Assembly: GCA_964501185.1 (NCBI GenBank)
Contig: CAZCRT010000003.1
Coordinates: forward strand, 24,752-88,751
Source of the DNA: an uncultured Bacteroidia bacterium
GTDB lineage: Bacteria; CAIWAD01; BS150m-G50
Length of the DNA: 64,000 nt
Reading direction: 5' to 3'
Shown here: positions 45,677 through 54,883 of the stretch, in pieces
Numbering within the stretch: the first letter of the stretch is position 1
Layout of the letters: the number at the start of each line of letters is the position of its first letter
Notes under the pieces: generated by a model
The model's input: only the letters and a program-made list of their open reading frames with translations
Database searches by the model: none
Told to the model about the DNA's origin: nothing
Program-made: the position numbers and the translations under genes

Positions 45677-47816
45677 GAACGGAAAAATGACCATCCTCGA
45701 AGTCCCCGCTCCGGCACCTGGCAAAGGTATGGTGATGGTGCGTAATCACTTCTCACTTATCAGCGCAGGTACGGAAGGGAGCAAGGTGATTACAGCCCGT
45801 AAGAACCTGCTCAGCAAAGCCAGGGAAAAACCGGACCAGGTCAGGCAGGTTCTGGATTCAGTAAAAACTGAAGGCCTCGCATCCACCTACAGAAAGGTCA
45901 TGAACAAACTTGATGCGCCTTCACCCCTCGGGTACAGTTGTGCGGGTGAAGTTATCGCTGTCGGGAGTGATATCGGCGATCTTGAAGTTGGTGACTATGT
46001 TGCCTGTGGCGGTGCCAGCGCTGTCCATGCTGAAATTGTCAGTGTGCCACGTAATCTCTGTGTACCGGTTCCTGACGGTGTCAGCCTGGAACAGGCGGCA
46101 TATACCACTGTTGCAGCTATCGCACTGCAGGGGGTACGTCAGGCTGATTTGCGAACAGGAGAGAACTGTGTCGTTATCGGGCTCGGTTTAATCGGCCAGC
46201 TGACAGTACAGATGCTCAAGGCATCCAATATCAAGGTGATGGGTGTGGATATCAGCAGCGTGGCCGTTGAGTTGGCGATCTCTTCCGGTGCGGATTCAGC
46301 CCGGGTGCGTGACAGCGTAGGGCTTGAAGAAGCTGCGCTTCAACTGAGTGATGGTTTTGGTGTCGATGCGGTAGTTATCACCGCCGGCAGCTCCAGCCTG
46401 GACCCGGTGGAGCTGGCGGGACAGCTATGCCGGAAAAAAGGGAAGGTGGTAATCGTGGGTGCGGTACCTACCGGTTTCTCCCGCAAGCACTACTATGAGA
46501 AGGAGCTCGACCTGCGTATGTCCTGTTCCTACGGGCCGGGACGCTACGACGCCGACTACGAAGAGAAAGGGGTTGACTATCCAATCGGGTTCTGCCGTTG
46601 GACGGAAAACCGCAACATGCAGGCATATCTTGAGATGTGTGACAGGTTGGACATCAGCCTGCTGACAACACACACCTATGCCCTTGATGACGCCATTAAC
46701 GCTTTCGATATGATCGTTGATAAAAGTGAACCGTTCGCAGGCATCCTGATCAGATATAACATCGAGACGGAACCGGAGACGAAAATTCTACTCCAGGAAC
46801 CTCCTGCTGCCGCCGGGCAACCACGAGTCGGGTTTCTGGGAGCGGGGTCCTTCGCGCAGAAGTTCCTGCTGCCAGACATCGGGAAACAGGCCGAGCTGAT
46901 CGGTGTGGCAACAGCCAGTGGCAATAACGCCCGTAATGTTGCAGACAAGTATGGTTTCACCTACGCAACCGGTAACAGTAATGATATTCTGGACGACGAT
47001 GACATAAATACCATCTTCATCGCCACCCGCCATAACCTCCACGCCGAGCAGGTGCTGGCAGCCCTGCAGAAGGGTAAAAATGTCTTCGTGGAAAAACCGC
47101 TCTGTCTGACTACCGATGAGCTTGAACGAATTGCCGGGGCTTATCGTCAGGGAACGGCCCGGTTGATGGTGGGGTTCAACAGGCGTTTTGCACCGCTGCT
47201 GCAGAAGATAAAAAAAGCGCTGCCTGATGGCATACCGGTAGCGATGAACTACCGTATCAATGCAGGGGCGATTCCTGCCGACAGCTGGATTCAGGACCCC
47301 GATATCGGCGGTGGCCGCATTGCTGGTGAGGTGTGTCACTTTATCGACCTGGTACTCTTCCTTGCAGGCAGCCCGTTTGCACGGGTGGATAGCCACATAA
47401 TGAAAACCGCTTCCGGGTTGAATGATACTCTGGTAATAGCTCTGGCTTTTGCAGATGGCAGCGTGGCCAATATCAGTTATTTTGCTAACGGCGCGAAATC
47501 CCTGCCGAAGGAACAACTGGAAGTTCATTGTGGCGGGCAGAGCTGGGTACTGGACGATTTCAAGCGACTGAACATTTATAACGGTTCCAGGAAGAAATCA
47601 TCGACCGGCGGGCAGGATAAGGGGCACGCCCGGGAGGTGGAACTCTTTCTGCAGGCTGTCAGCGACGGCTCTCCTGCTCCAATATCATTTGAGGATATCT
47701 ATCAGGTGACCGCTGCTACCCTCAGTATTACCAGCAGGGCTAAGGAGGAGAGCGCTGATACCCCTGTGGATGGTAGCCTGCAACAGGACCAGGCAGTTTC
47801 AACATCAGGAGAATGA
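45645..47816 (+). CDS. bi-domain oxidoreductase (MDR/ADH-like plus Gfo/Idh/MocA), paralog 2
   Basis: Same architecture as 36791-38872; Rossmann VVIGLGLIGQLTVQM and Gfo/Idh/MocA C-half. GTG start at 45645; alternative ATG at 45687. Confidence 0.75.
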   Translation: MNVKQITQNLKNGKMTILEVPAPAPGKGMVMVRNHFSLISAGTEGSKVITARKNLLSKAREKPDQVRQVLDSVKTEGLASTYRKVMNKLDAPSPLGYSCAGEVIAVGSDIGDLEVGDYVACGGASAVHAEIVSVPRNLCVPVPDGVSLEQAAYTTVAAIALQGVRQADLRTGENCVVIGLGLIGQLTVQMLKASNIKVMGVDISSVAVELAISSGADSARVRDSVGLEEAALQLSDGFGVDAVVITAGSSSLDPVELAGQLCRKKGKVVIVGAVPTGFSRKHYYEKELDLRMSCSYGPGRYDADYEEKGVDYPIGFCRWTENRNMQAYLEMCDRLDISLLTTHTYALDDAINAFDMIVDKSEPFAGILIRYNIETEPETKILLQEPPAAAGQPRVGFLGAGSFAQKFLLPDIGKQAELIGVATASGNNARNVADKYGFTYATGNSNDILDDDDINTIFIATRHNLHAEQVLAALQKGKNVFVEKPLCLTTDELERIAGAYRQGTARLMVGFNRRFAPLLQKIKKALPDGIPVAMNYRINAGAIPADSWIQDPDIGGGRIAGEVCHFIDLVLFLAGSPFARVDSHIMKTASGLNDTLVIALAFADGSVANISYFANGAKSLPKEQLEVHCGGQSWVLDDFKRLNIYNGSRKKSSTGGQDKGHAREVELFLQAVSDGSPAPISFEDIYQVTAATLSITSRAKEESADTPVDGSLQQDQAVSTSGE

Positions 47817-47840
47817 GTCACGCATACTTCCACGAGCAAT

Positions 47841-48974
47841 ATGATCACCAATCTTGAAAACTGGCTCGTCCGGCATGAATGGCGGGGCTGGGACCCTTTT
47901 GACGCGCTGAACTCCCCCTTCCTGAAAACACTCACCCTGGGCGGGCGCTATCCAGGTATCGCCCTGCTGCAACTGTTGAAGCGGCTACCTCTGAATCTGC
48001 GCCCACTGTTGCGCGTACCACAGGTACACAATGCCAAGGCGATGGGGTTATTCCTTAACGCACATGCAATAAGACTTGAACGGGATCGCAATGAAAACGA
48101 TTTGCAGCGTATCACTTTCTTCGCTGACTGGCTCGCGCAAAATGCCAATCGGGAGTATGGTGGCGCTGGCTGGGGTTACCCGTTTGACTGGCCAAATCGA
48201 ACTTTCAACTGCCCTGCCGGGACACCAACTGTTGTCAACACTGCTTTCATTGGATTTGGACTGCTGAAGGCGTATCAGGTGACACAACGCCCGGCACTAC
48301 TCGATCTGGCACTATCTGCGGCAGAGTTCATTGCTGAAGGGTTGAACCTGCACAGTGATGACAGCGGGGAGTGTGCCAGCTACACGCCGCTTGATAATGC
48401 ACAGATTCATAATGCCAACCTGCTGGGTGCAGCACTGCTTCTGGAAGTCGGTTCCCTTCAGCAGAACGGGGAGTTGATCGACGGCGGTAGACGCCGTCTG
48501 AACTGGTCTCTGGCCGGTCAGGCTGATGATGGTTCCTGGCCGTATGGGACGACTGAACGCCAGAGTTGGATTGACAGCTTTCACACCGGTTATAACCTTG
48601 AAGCACTTGACCGGGCTGTCTCGGTAACACATGATCCAAAGGTTGAGGCTGCCCTGGATCGGGGATACCGCTTCTACATTGATAATTTCTTCCTGCATGA
48701 CGGAACCGTGAAGTACTACCATAACAACGCATACCCGCTTGATGCCCATGCCTTCGCGCACGCTGTTATTACCCTGACCCGGCTGCAACGGCTGGATTCG
48801 CGCAGTCTGCCCTTGCGAGAGCGTGTATTGGAGCAGATGATGCGGCGTTTCTGGAACAAGCGTGGATTTTTCTACTACCAGCAGAAGAAGCGTTGTACCA
48901 ACCGTATCGCCTATACTCGCTGGGTACAGGCCTGGAGCTACCTGGCGCTTATAACCTGTAATGATGGGAATTGA
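47841..48974 (+). CDS. hypothetical protein (possibly alpha/alpha-toroid sugar-modifying enzyme, e.g. C5-epimerase-like)
   Basis: 377 aa, Trp/aromatic-rich (...GGAGWGYPFDWPNRTF..., ...WIDSFHTGYNLEAL...). Functional guess comes only from fold-like composition and neighbourhood. Confidence 0.4.
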   Translation: MITNLENWLVRHEWRGWDPFDALNSPFLKTLTLGGRYPGIALLQLLKRLPLNLRPLLRVPQVHNAKAMGLFLNAHAIRLERDRNENDLQRITFFADWLAQNANREYGGAGWGYPFDWPNRTFNCPAGTPTVVNTAFIGFGLLKAYQVTQRPALLDLALSAAEFIAEGLNLHSDDSGECASYTPLDNAQIHNANLLGAALLLEVGSLQQNGELIDGGRRRLNWSLAGQADDGSWPYGTTERQSWIDSFHTGYNLEALDRAVSVTHDPKVEAALDRGYRFYIDNFFLHDGTVKYYHNNAYPLDAHAFAHAVITLTRLQRLDSRSLPLRERVLEQMMRRFWNKRGFFYYQQKKRCTNRIAYTRWVQAWSYLALITCNDGN

Positions 48975-48975
48975 G

Positions 48976-49986
48976 ATGTCACTGATCTGGATAGATATTG
49001 ACAACCTGCCGCACATTCCGATTTTCCAGCCTTTGATTAGGGAGTTCGAAGAGGCGGGACATAAGGTTCTGCTTACCGTCAGAGACTTTGCTTACTCTGT
49101 TGAAAAGCTGGAAGACAGCGGACTGAGTTTTCACGTGATCGGCAGGCACTACGGCAAAGCGACTGTGAGCAAAGTAGCCGGAACTCTTCTGCGGGCCGGA
49201 CAGCTGCGCCGGTTCCTGAGTGATTACACTGTTGACCTGGCGGTATCACATTCTTCCCGTTCTGCAATCCTGGCCAGCCGGTCATTACGCATACCAACTG
49301 TTGCCATGTTTGATTACGAGCATGTTTCCACAACCCTGCAGGAAAAATTCGCCACTGATATCCTGGTACCGGAGCTTCTGTTAGGGGATGGTTCGAACTT
49401 AAGTTCCAGCAAATATCACGGCTACCCCGGGTACAAAGAGGAGATCTACCTGGCTGATTTTGTTCCCGTTGCTGATTTCCGCCAGGAGTTACAGGTACCA
49501 CCTGATTCGATTCTGGCAGTACTGCGCCCACCTGCGACAGAAGCGCATTACCATAATCCTGAGGCGGAAGCCATCTTTCAGGGGATACTGGAAAGGCTTT
49601 CCGCAAACGGTCTGTTCACGCTGATCACACCCCGCTCAACCGCTCAGGCAGCTCAATTCAACAATCTTCCCGGGGAACGATTTCGTGTGCTGACCCGACC
49701 GGTTGATGGTTTGAATTTGATATCAGCTGCAGATTTCGTAATATCGGGTGGCGGAACGATGAATCGAGAAGCGGCACTACTGGGAACACCTGTTTACTCC
49801 TTCTTCAGAGGTAAATCTGGCAGCCTGGATCGAAACCTGGCAGCATCGGGAAAGCTGGTATTTATAACCAGCATAGAGGAAGTATTACAAATCCCCTGCC
49901 AGCGTAAGAAACTCACTCAACATCACGCTGTCGGGCAAGAGGTTAAGAAGTTTGTGTCACGTTTCCTGATTGAGCAGCTACAGTAA
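48976..49986 (+). CDS. DUF354 domain-containing protein (GT-B-like, polysaccharide-cluster associated)
   Basis: N-terminus ...IWIDIDNLPHIPIFQPLIREFEEAGHKVLLTVRDFAYSVEKLE... matches the DUF354 start pattern as I remember it (IWIDI.N.PHV..F.PII.EL...GHEV.ITARD). Start at 48976 with GGGAATTGAG RBS, just past the upstream stop. Confidence 0.55.
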   Translation: MSLIWIDIDNLPHIPIFQPLIREFEEAGHKVLLTVRDFAYSVEKLEDSGLSFHVIGRHYGKATVSKVAGTLLRAGQLRRFLSDYTVDLAVSHSSRSAILASRSLRIPTVAMFDYEHVSTTLQEKFATDILVPELLLGDGSNLSSSKYHGYPGYKEEIYLADFVPVADFRQELQVPPDSILAVLRPPATEAHYHNPEAEAIFQGILERLSANGLFTLITPRSTAQAAQFNNLPGERFRVLTRPVDGLNLISAADFVISGGGTMNREAALLGTPVYSFFRGKSGSLDRNLAASGKLVFITSIEEVLQIPCQRKKLTQHHAVGQEVKKFVSRFLIEQLQ

Positions 49987-50042
49987 TGTGATGCGAATTT
50001 ACGATGGTAGTTACCTATGAGTACTAACCCGGATGTCTTTTC

Positions 50043-50063
50043 ACCTTACACTGCAGGTGTAAG
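50043..50063 (+). promoter_or_regulatory. SD-occluding hairpin upstream of the phosphoglycosyl transferase gene
   Basis: CCTTACAC-TGCAG-GTGTAAGG (perfect 8-bp stem). The 3' arm overlaps the SD AAGGAG (50060-50065), 10 nt before ATG 50076. Confidence 0.4.
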
Positions 50064-50075
50064 GAGTGTGGTATC

Positions 50076-51524
50076 ATGATCCTTGGAAAGCGACCGGCTT
50101 ACAAATATTTCCTGGCGTTGATGGATTACATCATCGTCAACTTCTCTTTTGCCCTGGCAATGCGCCTGCGCTTTCGTCCCCGGATTGATATCATAAACCT
50201 GAATACGCTTGAAGTCATTCCGGAGATTATCGTCTTTGCGCTGCTTTCGATTCTCTGGATCTGGATCCTCCAGTACCACAATCTCTACAAGTTCAAAGTG
50301 TTCCTCAGTGTTGCCCGTCAACAGGTGCTGTTGCTGCGTTCGCTTGCCTACTCGACCCTGGTGATGGTGCTGCTGCAGTACTTTATAAAACCGTCCGGAA
50401 AAGTGGAAAGCCGCCTGGTTATACTACTGACCTTCCTGTTCAGCCTGGTACTGCTTTCAATCTGGCGACTCCTCATCTACCGCAGGCTGTATCGATTGTT
50501 TGCACGTAATAAGATGTTACGACGCAGTTCAGTAATCGTCGGCTTTGGCGAACAGGCTAAGAAGATAGCCGCCAGTATTCTGGCTGATAAGGAGATCGGT
50601 AAGCAGCTGATCGGATTTGTCGATAACGACATTCCGGTAGGTACCCCTGTTTTCAGTAAATTCTTCAATATTGGCACTACCTCGGAACTCGCTGAAATTG
50701 CCAGAGACTATCAGATAGACGAGGTGATCATAGCTTCCGAGCATCTCTCTCACGAGGATATGCTCGACCTGATTGATTTATGTCACACCATCAAAATGCC
50801 GGTACAGGTATCAGCACCACTCTACCGGGTCATTTCCGACCGCACACAGGTAGAAGTGTATAATGATATTCCGGCTGTTCAGTTCTCCAATCCGCAGATT
50901 GCGCCCTGGTACAGAGTCTACAAAAGAGCTTTTGATCTCGTCGGCGCCCTGTCAGGGATTCTGCTTTTTGCTCCTTTCTGGCTGCTGATAATTTTTCTGA
51001 TCAGGTTGGATTCACGGGGTTCGGTGCTCTTCAAACAGCAACGTATCGGCCTGGGTGGAAAACCATTCAGCTTTTATAAATTCCGTTCCATGCGCACTGA
51101 TGCTTCTGACGCTGATCATCGCAGGTTTGTTCAGGAGTTCATGGCCAGTAGCGAGACAGATGACAACAAAACACAGAAGATTCAGAACGACCCCCGTGTC
51201 ACAAGAATTGGCTCCTTCCTGCGCAGGTACAGTCTTGATGAACTGCCACAATTTCTGAGCGTTGTGCGGGGAGACATGAGCCTGGTCGGGCCCCGCCCCT
51301 GCCTGCCCTGGGAATGGGAGGAGTACGAGGACTGGCAGAAACGACGTCTCAGTGTAAAACCGGGTTGCACCGGTCTCTGGCAGGTGAGTGGTCGCAGTGA
51401 AGTCGGGTTTAAGGATATGGTAGTGCTCGACCTGTATTACGCTGACAATGCATCCCCCTGGTTTGATCTGCAGTTGATATTGAAAACTATTCCGGTAATG
51501 TTTTTTGGCAGGGGAGGACACTGA
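50076..51524 (+). CDS. initiating polyprenyl-phosphate hexose-1-phosphate transferase (bacterial sugar transferase, WbaP/WcaJ-like)
   Basis: Four or five N-terminal TM helices and a central CoA-binding-like domain. C-terminal ...[54 protein letters not shown]...[21 protein letters not shown] is the Bac_transf signature. Confidence 0.85.
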   Translation: MILGKRPAYKYFLALMDYIIVNFSFALAMRLRFRPRIDIINLNTLEVIPEIIVFALLSILWIWILQYHNLYKFKVFLSVARQQVLLLRSLAYSTLVMVLLQYFIKPSGKVESRLVILLTFLFSLVLLSIWRLLIYRRLYRLFARNKMLRRSSVIVGFGEQAKKIAASILADKEIGKQLIGFVDNDIPVGTPVFSKFFNIGTTSELAEIARDYQIDEVIIASEHLSHEDMLDLIDLCHTIKMPVQVSAPLYRVISDRTQVEVYNDIPAVQFSNPQIAPWYRVYKRAFDLVGALSGILLFAPFWLLIIFLIRLDSRGSVLFKQQRIGLGGKPFSFYKFRSMRTDASDADHRRFVQEFMASSETDDNKTQKIQNDPRVTRIGSFLRRYSLDELPQFLSVVRGDMSLVGPRPCLPWEWEEYEDWQKRRLSVKPGCTGLWQVSGRSEVGFKDMVVLDLYYADNASPWFDLQLILKTIPVMFFGRGGH

Positions 51525-51525
51525 T

Positions 51526-52995
51526 ATGAAATGTATCACAATCTTCCTGCTGTTAATTTCTGCTGCTCTTTCTTATGGCCAGACCGAGCACCCCGCATTT
51601 CGCCAAAGGCTGGATTACTCCACCTGTTGTGACAGCCTGACAGAGGATCTCAATCGTACTTTCCCCTTCAGTGCCGGTCAACCTGAAGGTGTCAGGAACT
51701 GCGGCCATCACAATTTTCTTGATCATGATCTCAATCATAAGCTCGAGTTACGCCAGCAACCCGGTATCACTGCAGGTGTCTGGTTGTTGAGCAGCATGCG
51801 TGATACGTCCGCCTGGAAACCGTTGCACCGTTTACAATCGCGGCTGCAGGTTAAACCGCTCACCTGGCTTACACTCCAGCACAGCTTTGAAGTTTACTCA
51901 CATGACGTTCCTTCCAATCCCTGGTCGGCTGATTGGGGTGGTCTCTACGCCGGTTGCCGGGAGGCTTTTCTGTATTTACAGAGGGGCAGTTTCCGATTAC
52001 TTGCCGGACGCTTTGCGCCTGTCACCGGCCCACATGGTTCTAACAGCCTGCTCTACTCTTCTCGTCATACACTCGATGGTTATGATCTGGAATTCAGCCT
52101 GCCTGTTGGCCGGGGGGTACTCTGGTTTACAGCAAACCACTGGCAGCTTGACGATCAACAATTCGAATCCGGTATCGCCCGGCGCTATCTTGCCGGACAC
52201 AGATTGGGATATACCCGGACAGGCAGCTATTCGGTAGCTCTGGCGGAGCTGTTTCTCTATGGTGGTATCAATGCAGTTCCGACTGCTTCCACCCTTAACC
52301 CCTTCCTGCTGTATCACGCCCTGCAGATGAATGACTTTGAAGGAAACACACTGTATCACCTTTCCGGATGGTGGCGTCCCCGGCGTGGACTGCTTTTAAC
52401 AACAGAGCTTCTGCTGGATGATTTTCAGCTCGACAACAGCCAGCCATCAGACCGTGAGCCTGCCGAGTGGGCTCTGGCGTTGGGGGTACGTGCAGCACCT
52501 CAAACACTACCTGTTGTGGTCGCACTTGAATACACCCGTGCTGCCCCACGGACTTATAATGCTCAGCTTTCCTACCAGCGTTGGCAGCAACATGGTCAAC
52601 CCCTGGCTCATCCCCGGGGGAGTGATTTTGACAGAGTCTCTTTGCAATGCAGCTATAACGGCTGGCTTTTCCTGCAGCCTGCGTTGATTACGGCCTACAG
52701 TCGAACTGGTGAACACGGCCTGTTTGCAGATTGGGACACTCCCTGGCTGGACCCTGCCGCAGGTGATGATTACAGCGAGCCTTTCCCGACAGGTGTAGTC
52801 GAAAAGGAATGGGCGACAACATTGCAGCTGACCGGGCTTTGGCATCAATATGAGTTTATTCTCCGGGGCACTTCACTGCGATGGACCAATTACCGGCATT
52901 TATCCGGCAGTCAGGACGATTTGCAGATTGAACTTGAAATCAATCTGTTTCTGGAGCAGTTATTTAATCGGGGATTTGCTCCCCGTGACCTATAA
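51526..52995 (+). CDS. secreted hypothetical protein, putative outer-membrane beta-barrel (Wzi-like?)
   Basis: Signal peptide MKCITIFLLLISAALSYGQ with GGAGGA RBS. Aromatic/Gly-rich alternating segments consistent with a beta-barrel. No homology call possible. Confidence 0.4.
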   Translation: MKCITIFLLLISAALSYGQTEHPAFRQRLDYSTCCDSLTEDLNRTFPFSAGQPEGVRNCGHHNFLDHDLNHKLELRQQPGITAGVWLLSSMRDTSAWKPLHRLQSRLQVKPLTWLTLQHSFEVYSHDVPSNPWSADWGGLYAGCREAFLYLQRGSFRLLAGRFAPVTGPHGSNSLLYSSRHTLDGYDLEFSLPVGRGVLWFTANHWQLDDQQFESGIARRYLAGHRLGYTRTGSYSVALAELFLYGGINAVPTASTLNPFLLYHALQMNDFEGNTLYHLSGWWRPRRGLLLTTELLLDDFQLDNSQPSDREPAEWALALGVRAAPQTLPVVVALEYTRAAPRTYNAQLSYQRWQQHGQPLAHPRGSDFDRVSLQCSYNGWLFLQPALITAYSRTGEHGLFADWDTPWLDPAAGDDYSEPFPTGVVEKEWATTLQLTGLWHQYEFILRGTSLRWTNYRHLSGSQDDLQIELEINLFLEQLFNRGFAPRDL

Positions 52996-53013
52996 ACACA
53001 AAGGAGTAAGATC

Positions 53014-54018
53014 ATGAATATTGGTATTATCGGACTCGGCTACTGGGGACCAAACATTGTCCGCAACTTTGCTACCAACCCTCGTGTTGAAAAAATCGTC
53101 TGTGCAGACCTGCGTGAAGAGGCGCTGCAGAGGGTTAAGGGAATGTTCCCGGCCGTGGAGGTAACAACCGATGTTGACTCAGTACTCACTGACAGTAACC
53201 TGGATGTGATTGCAGTAGTGACACCTGTTGACACACATTATGACCTCGCCAGAAAGGCATTGGAGAATGGCAAGCATGTCCTGATAGAAAAACCGATGAC
53301 CACTACTTCACAGCAGGCTGAGGAGCTGGTCGAAATGGCTGCTGCAAGGAATCTCGTGTTGCATGTCGACCACACTTTCATCTACACAAGTGCGGTTCGC
53401 AAGATGAAGGAACTGGTTCAGAGCGGGGAGCTGGGTGAAATCCGCTATTATGATTCTGTCCGGGTCAACCTCGGATTATTCCAGCATGACATCAATGTTA
53501 TCTGGGATCTGGCACCTCACGATATCTCTATCATGTCCTATCTACTGGACGAGAAACCAACCAGCGTTCAGGCTATCGGCACCCGTACCAGCGAAAGTGA
53601 CGTTGAGTATATCGGTTATCTGACCCTGAATTTCGACAGTGGCATGATTGCTCACTTCCATGCTAACTGGTTATCTCCTGTCAAGATTCGCCAGACGCTT
53701 ATCGGTGGCACCAGTAAGATGGTAGTTTATGATGACAACGAACCCTCTGAGAAGATCAAGGTCTATGATAAAGGCATCGAAGTGACATCACGTGAAGGTG
53801 CTTACAAGCAGATGATTCAGTACCGTTCCGGTGATATGTGGGCACCGAGGCTGGATAATCTGGAAGCGCTCAAGTTTGAGATGAATCACTTCCTGGATTG
53901 CATTGAAAAGGGAGTAGCATCCGACACCGACGGTCAGGCCGGACTTGATGTTGTTCGTGTCCTTGAAGCCTCAAGCCGCTCAATTGAACAGAGTGGGAAG
54001 CAGATACCAATAGGCTGA
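53014..54018 (+). CDS. Gfo/Idh/MocA family NAD-dependent sugar dehydrogenase (WbpB-like)
   Basis: MNIGIIGLGYWGPNIVRNF...HVLIEKPM... is the Rossmann plus EKP motif of this family. Confidence 0.8.
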   Translation: MNIGIIGLGYWGPNIVRNFATNPRVEKIVCADLREEALQRVKGMFPAVEVTTDVDSVLTDSNLDVIAVVTPVDTHYDLARKALENGKHVLIEKPMTTTSQQAEELVEMAAARNLVLHVDHTFIYTSAVRKMKELVQSGELGEIRYYDSVRVNLGLFQHDINVIWDLAPHDISIMSYLLDEKPTSVQAIGTRTSESDVEYIGYLTLNFDSGMIAHFHANWLSPVKIRQTLIGGTSKMVVYDDNEPSEKIKVYDKGIEVTSREGAYKQMIQYRSGDMWAPRLDNLEALKFEMNHFLDCIEKGVASDTDGQAGLDVVRVLEASSRSIEQSGKQIPIG

Positions 54019-54127
54019 TTCCTTTTTGCATGAAGATTCCGGTTTTTCTTACCCGCCGGTCTGCTTATCCTTTTGTTAAGCAGATCGGCTTATTGTATCA
54101 CATGAGTAGTTTCAGGAAGCAGAACAG

Positions 54128-54865
54128 ATGAACCGTCTTTACATGCTGGGCCCATGCAGCATAGATTCAGAGGATCGACTTATAGCCACCGCCAGTCTGT
54201 TAAAGGAACTGGGGGTGCAGATTCTCCGTGGTGGTACATACAAGATGCGTACCAGCCCTGCTTCATGGCAGGGGCTGGGCGAAGATGGATTACGTCTGCT
54301 GACAGGTGTGGCTCGTGAACACAATCTCCAGTCATTGACAGAGATAACTGATCTCCGGCATCTCGATCTTTATCTGAAGCATGGTGTGGAGATGCTTCAG
54401 ATTGGTTCCCGCAACATGTTCAATTACCCGCTGTTAAAGGAGCTGGCCGGTTGTGGTTTGCCTCTACTGTTGAAGCGTCACTTCGCAGCCAGCCTGGATG
54501 AGTTCATGCAGGCATCAGCCTACCTTGACGGGGCGCCACAGGTGTATCTATGTGAAAGGGGCATCCGTTCACATGACACCCATTTCCGCTTCACATTTGA
54601 CATTAACGCCATCGCCTGGCTGAAGCAATATTCAGGACGGCCGGTAATAGCTGATCCAAGTCATGGAACAGGTGAACGTGAGTATGTGATACAAATTGCA
54701 GGGGCAGCTATTGCGGCAGGCGCCGATGGGGTACAGGTTGAAGTACATCCTGATCCGGAACATGCAAGATCAGATGCGCGCCAGTCACTTGATCTCACGG
54801 AAGCAAAACAAATGATTATTCACTGTGAGACACTGGCGTCTGCGCTGGATGACATGAAATCCTGA
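54128..54865 (+). CDS. DAHP synthase / KDO8P synthase family (type I-beta-like) aldolase
   Basis: GPCSIDSED, LRGGTYKMRTSPASWQGLGEDGL, IGSRNMFNYPLLKEL, VIADPSHGTG. Short (245 aa), no regulatory domain; N-terminus may extend upstream. Confidence 0.65.
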   Translation: MNRLYMLGPCSIDSEDRLIATASLLKELGVQILRGGTYKMRTSPASWQGLGEDGLRLLTGVAREHNLQSLTEITDLRHLDLYLKHGVEMLQIGSRNMFNYPLLKELAGCGLPLLLKRHFAASLDEFMQASAYLDGAPQVYLCERGIRSHDTHFRFTFDINAIAWLKQYSGRPVIADPSHGTGEREYVIQIAGAAIAAGADGVQVEVHPDPEHARSDARQSLDLTEAKQMIIHCETLASALDDMKS

Positions 54866-54883
54866 GTCCTGGGGCAACCTGTA

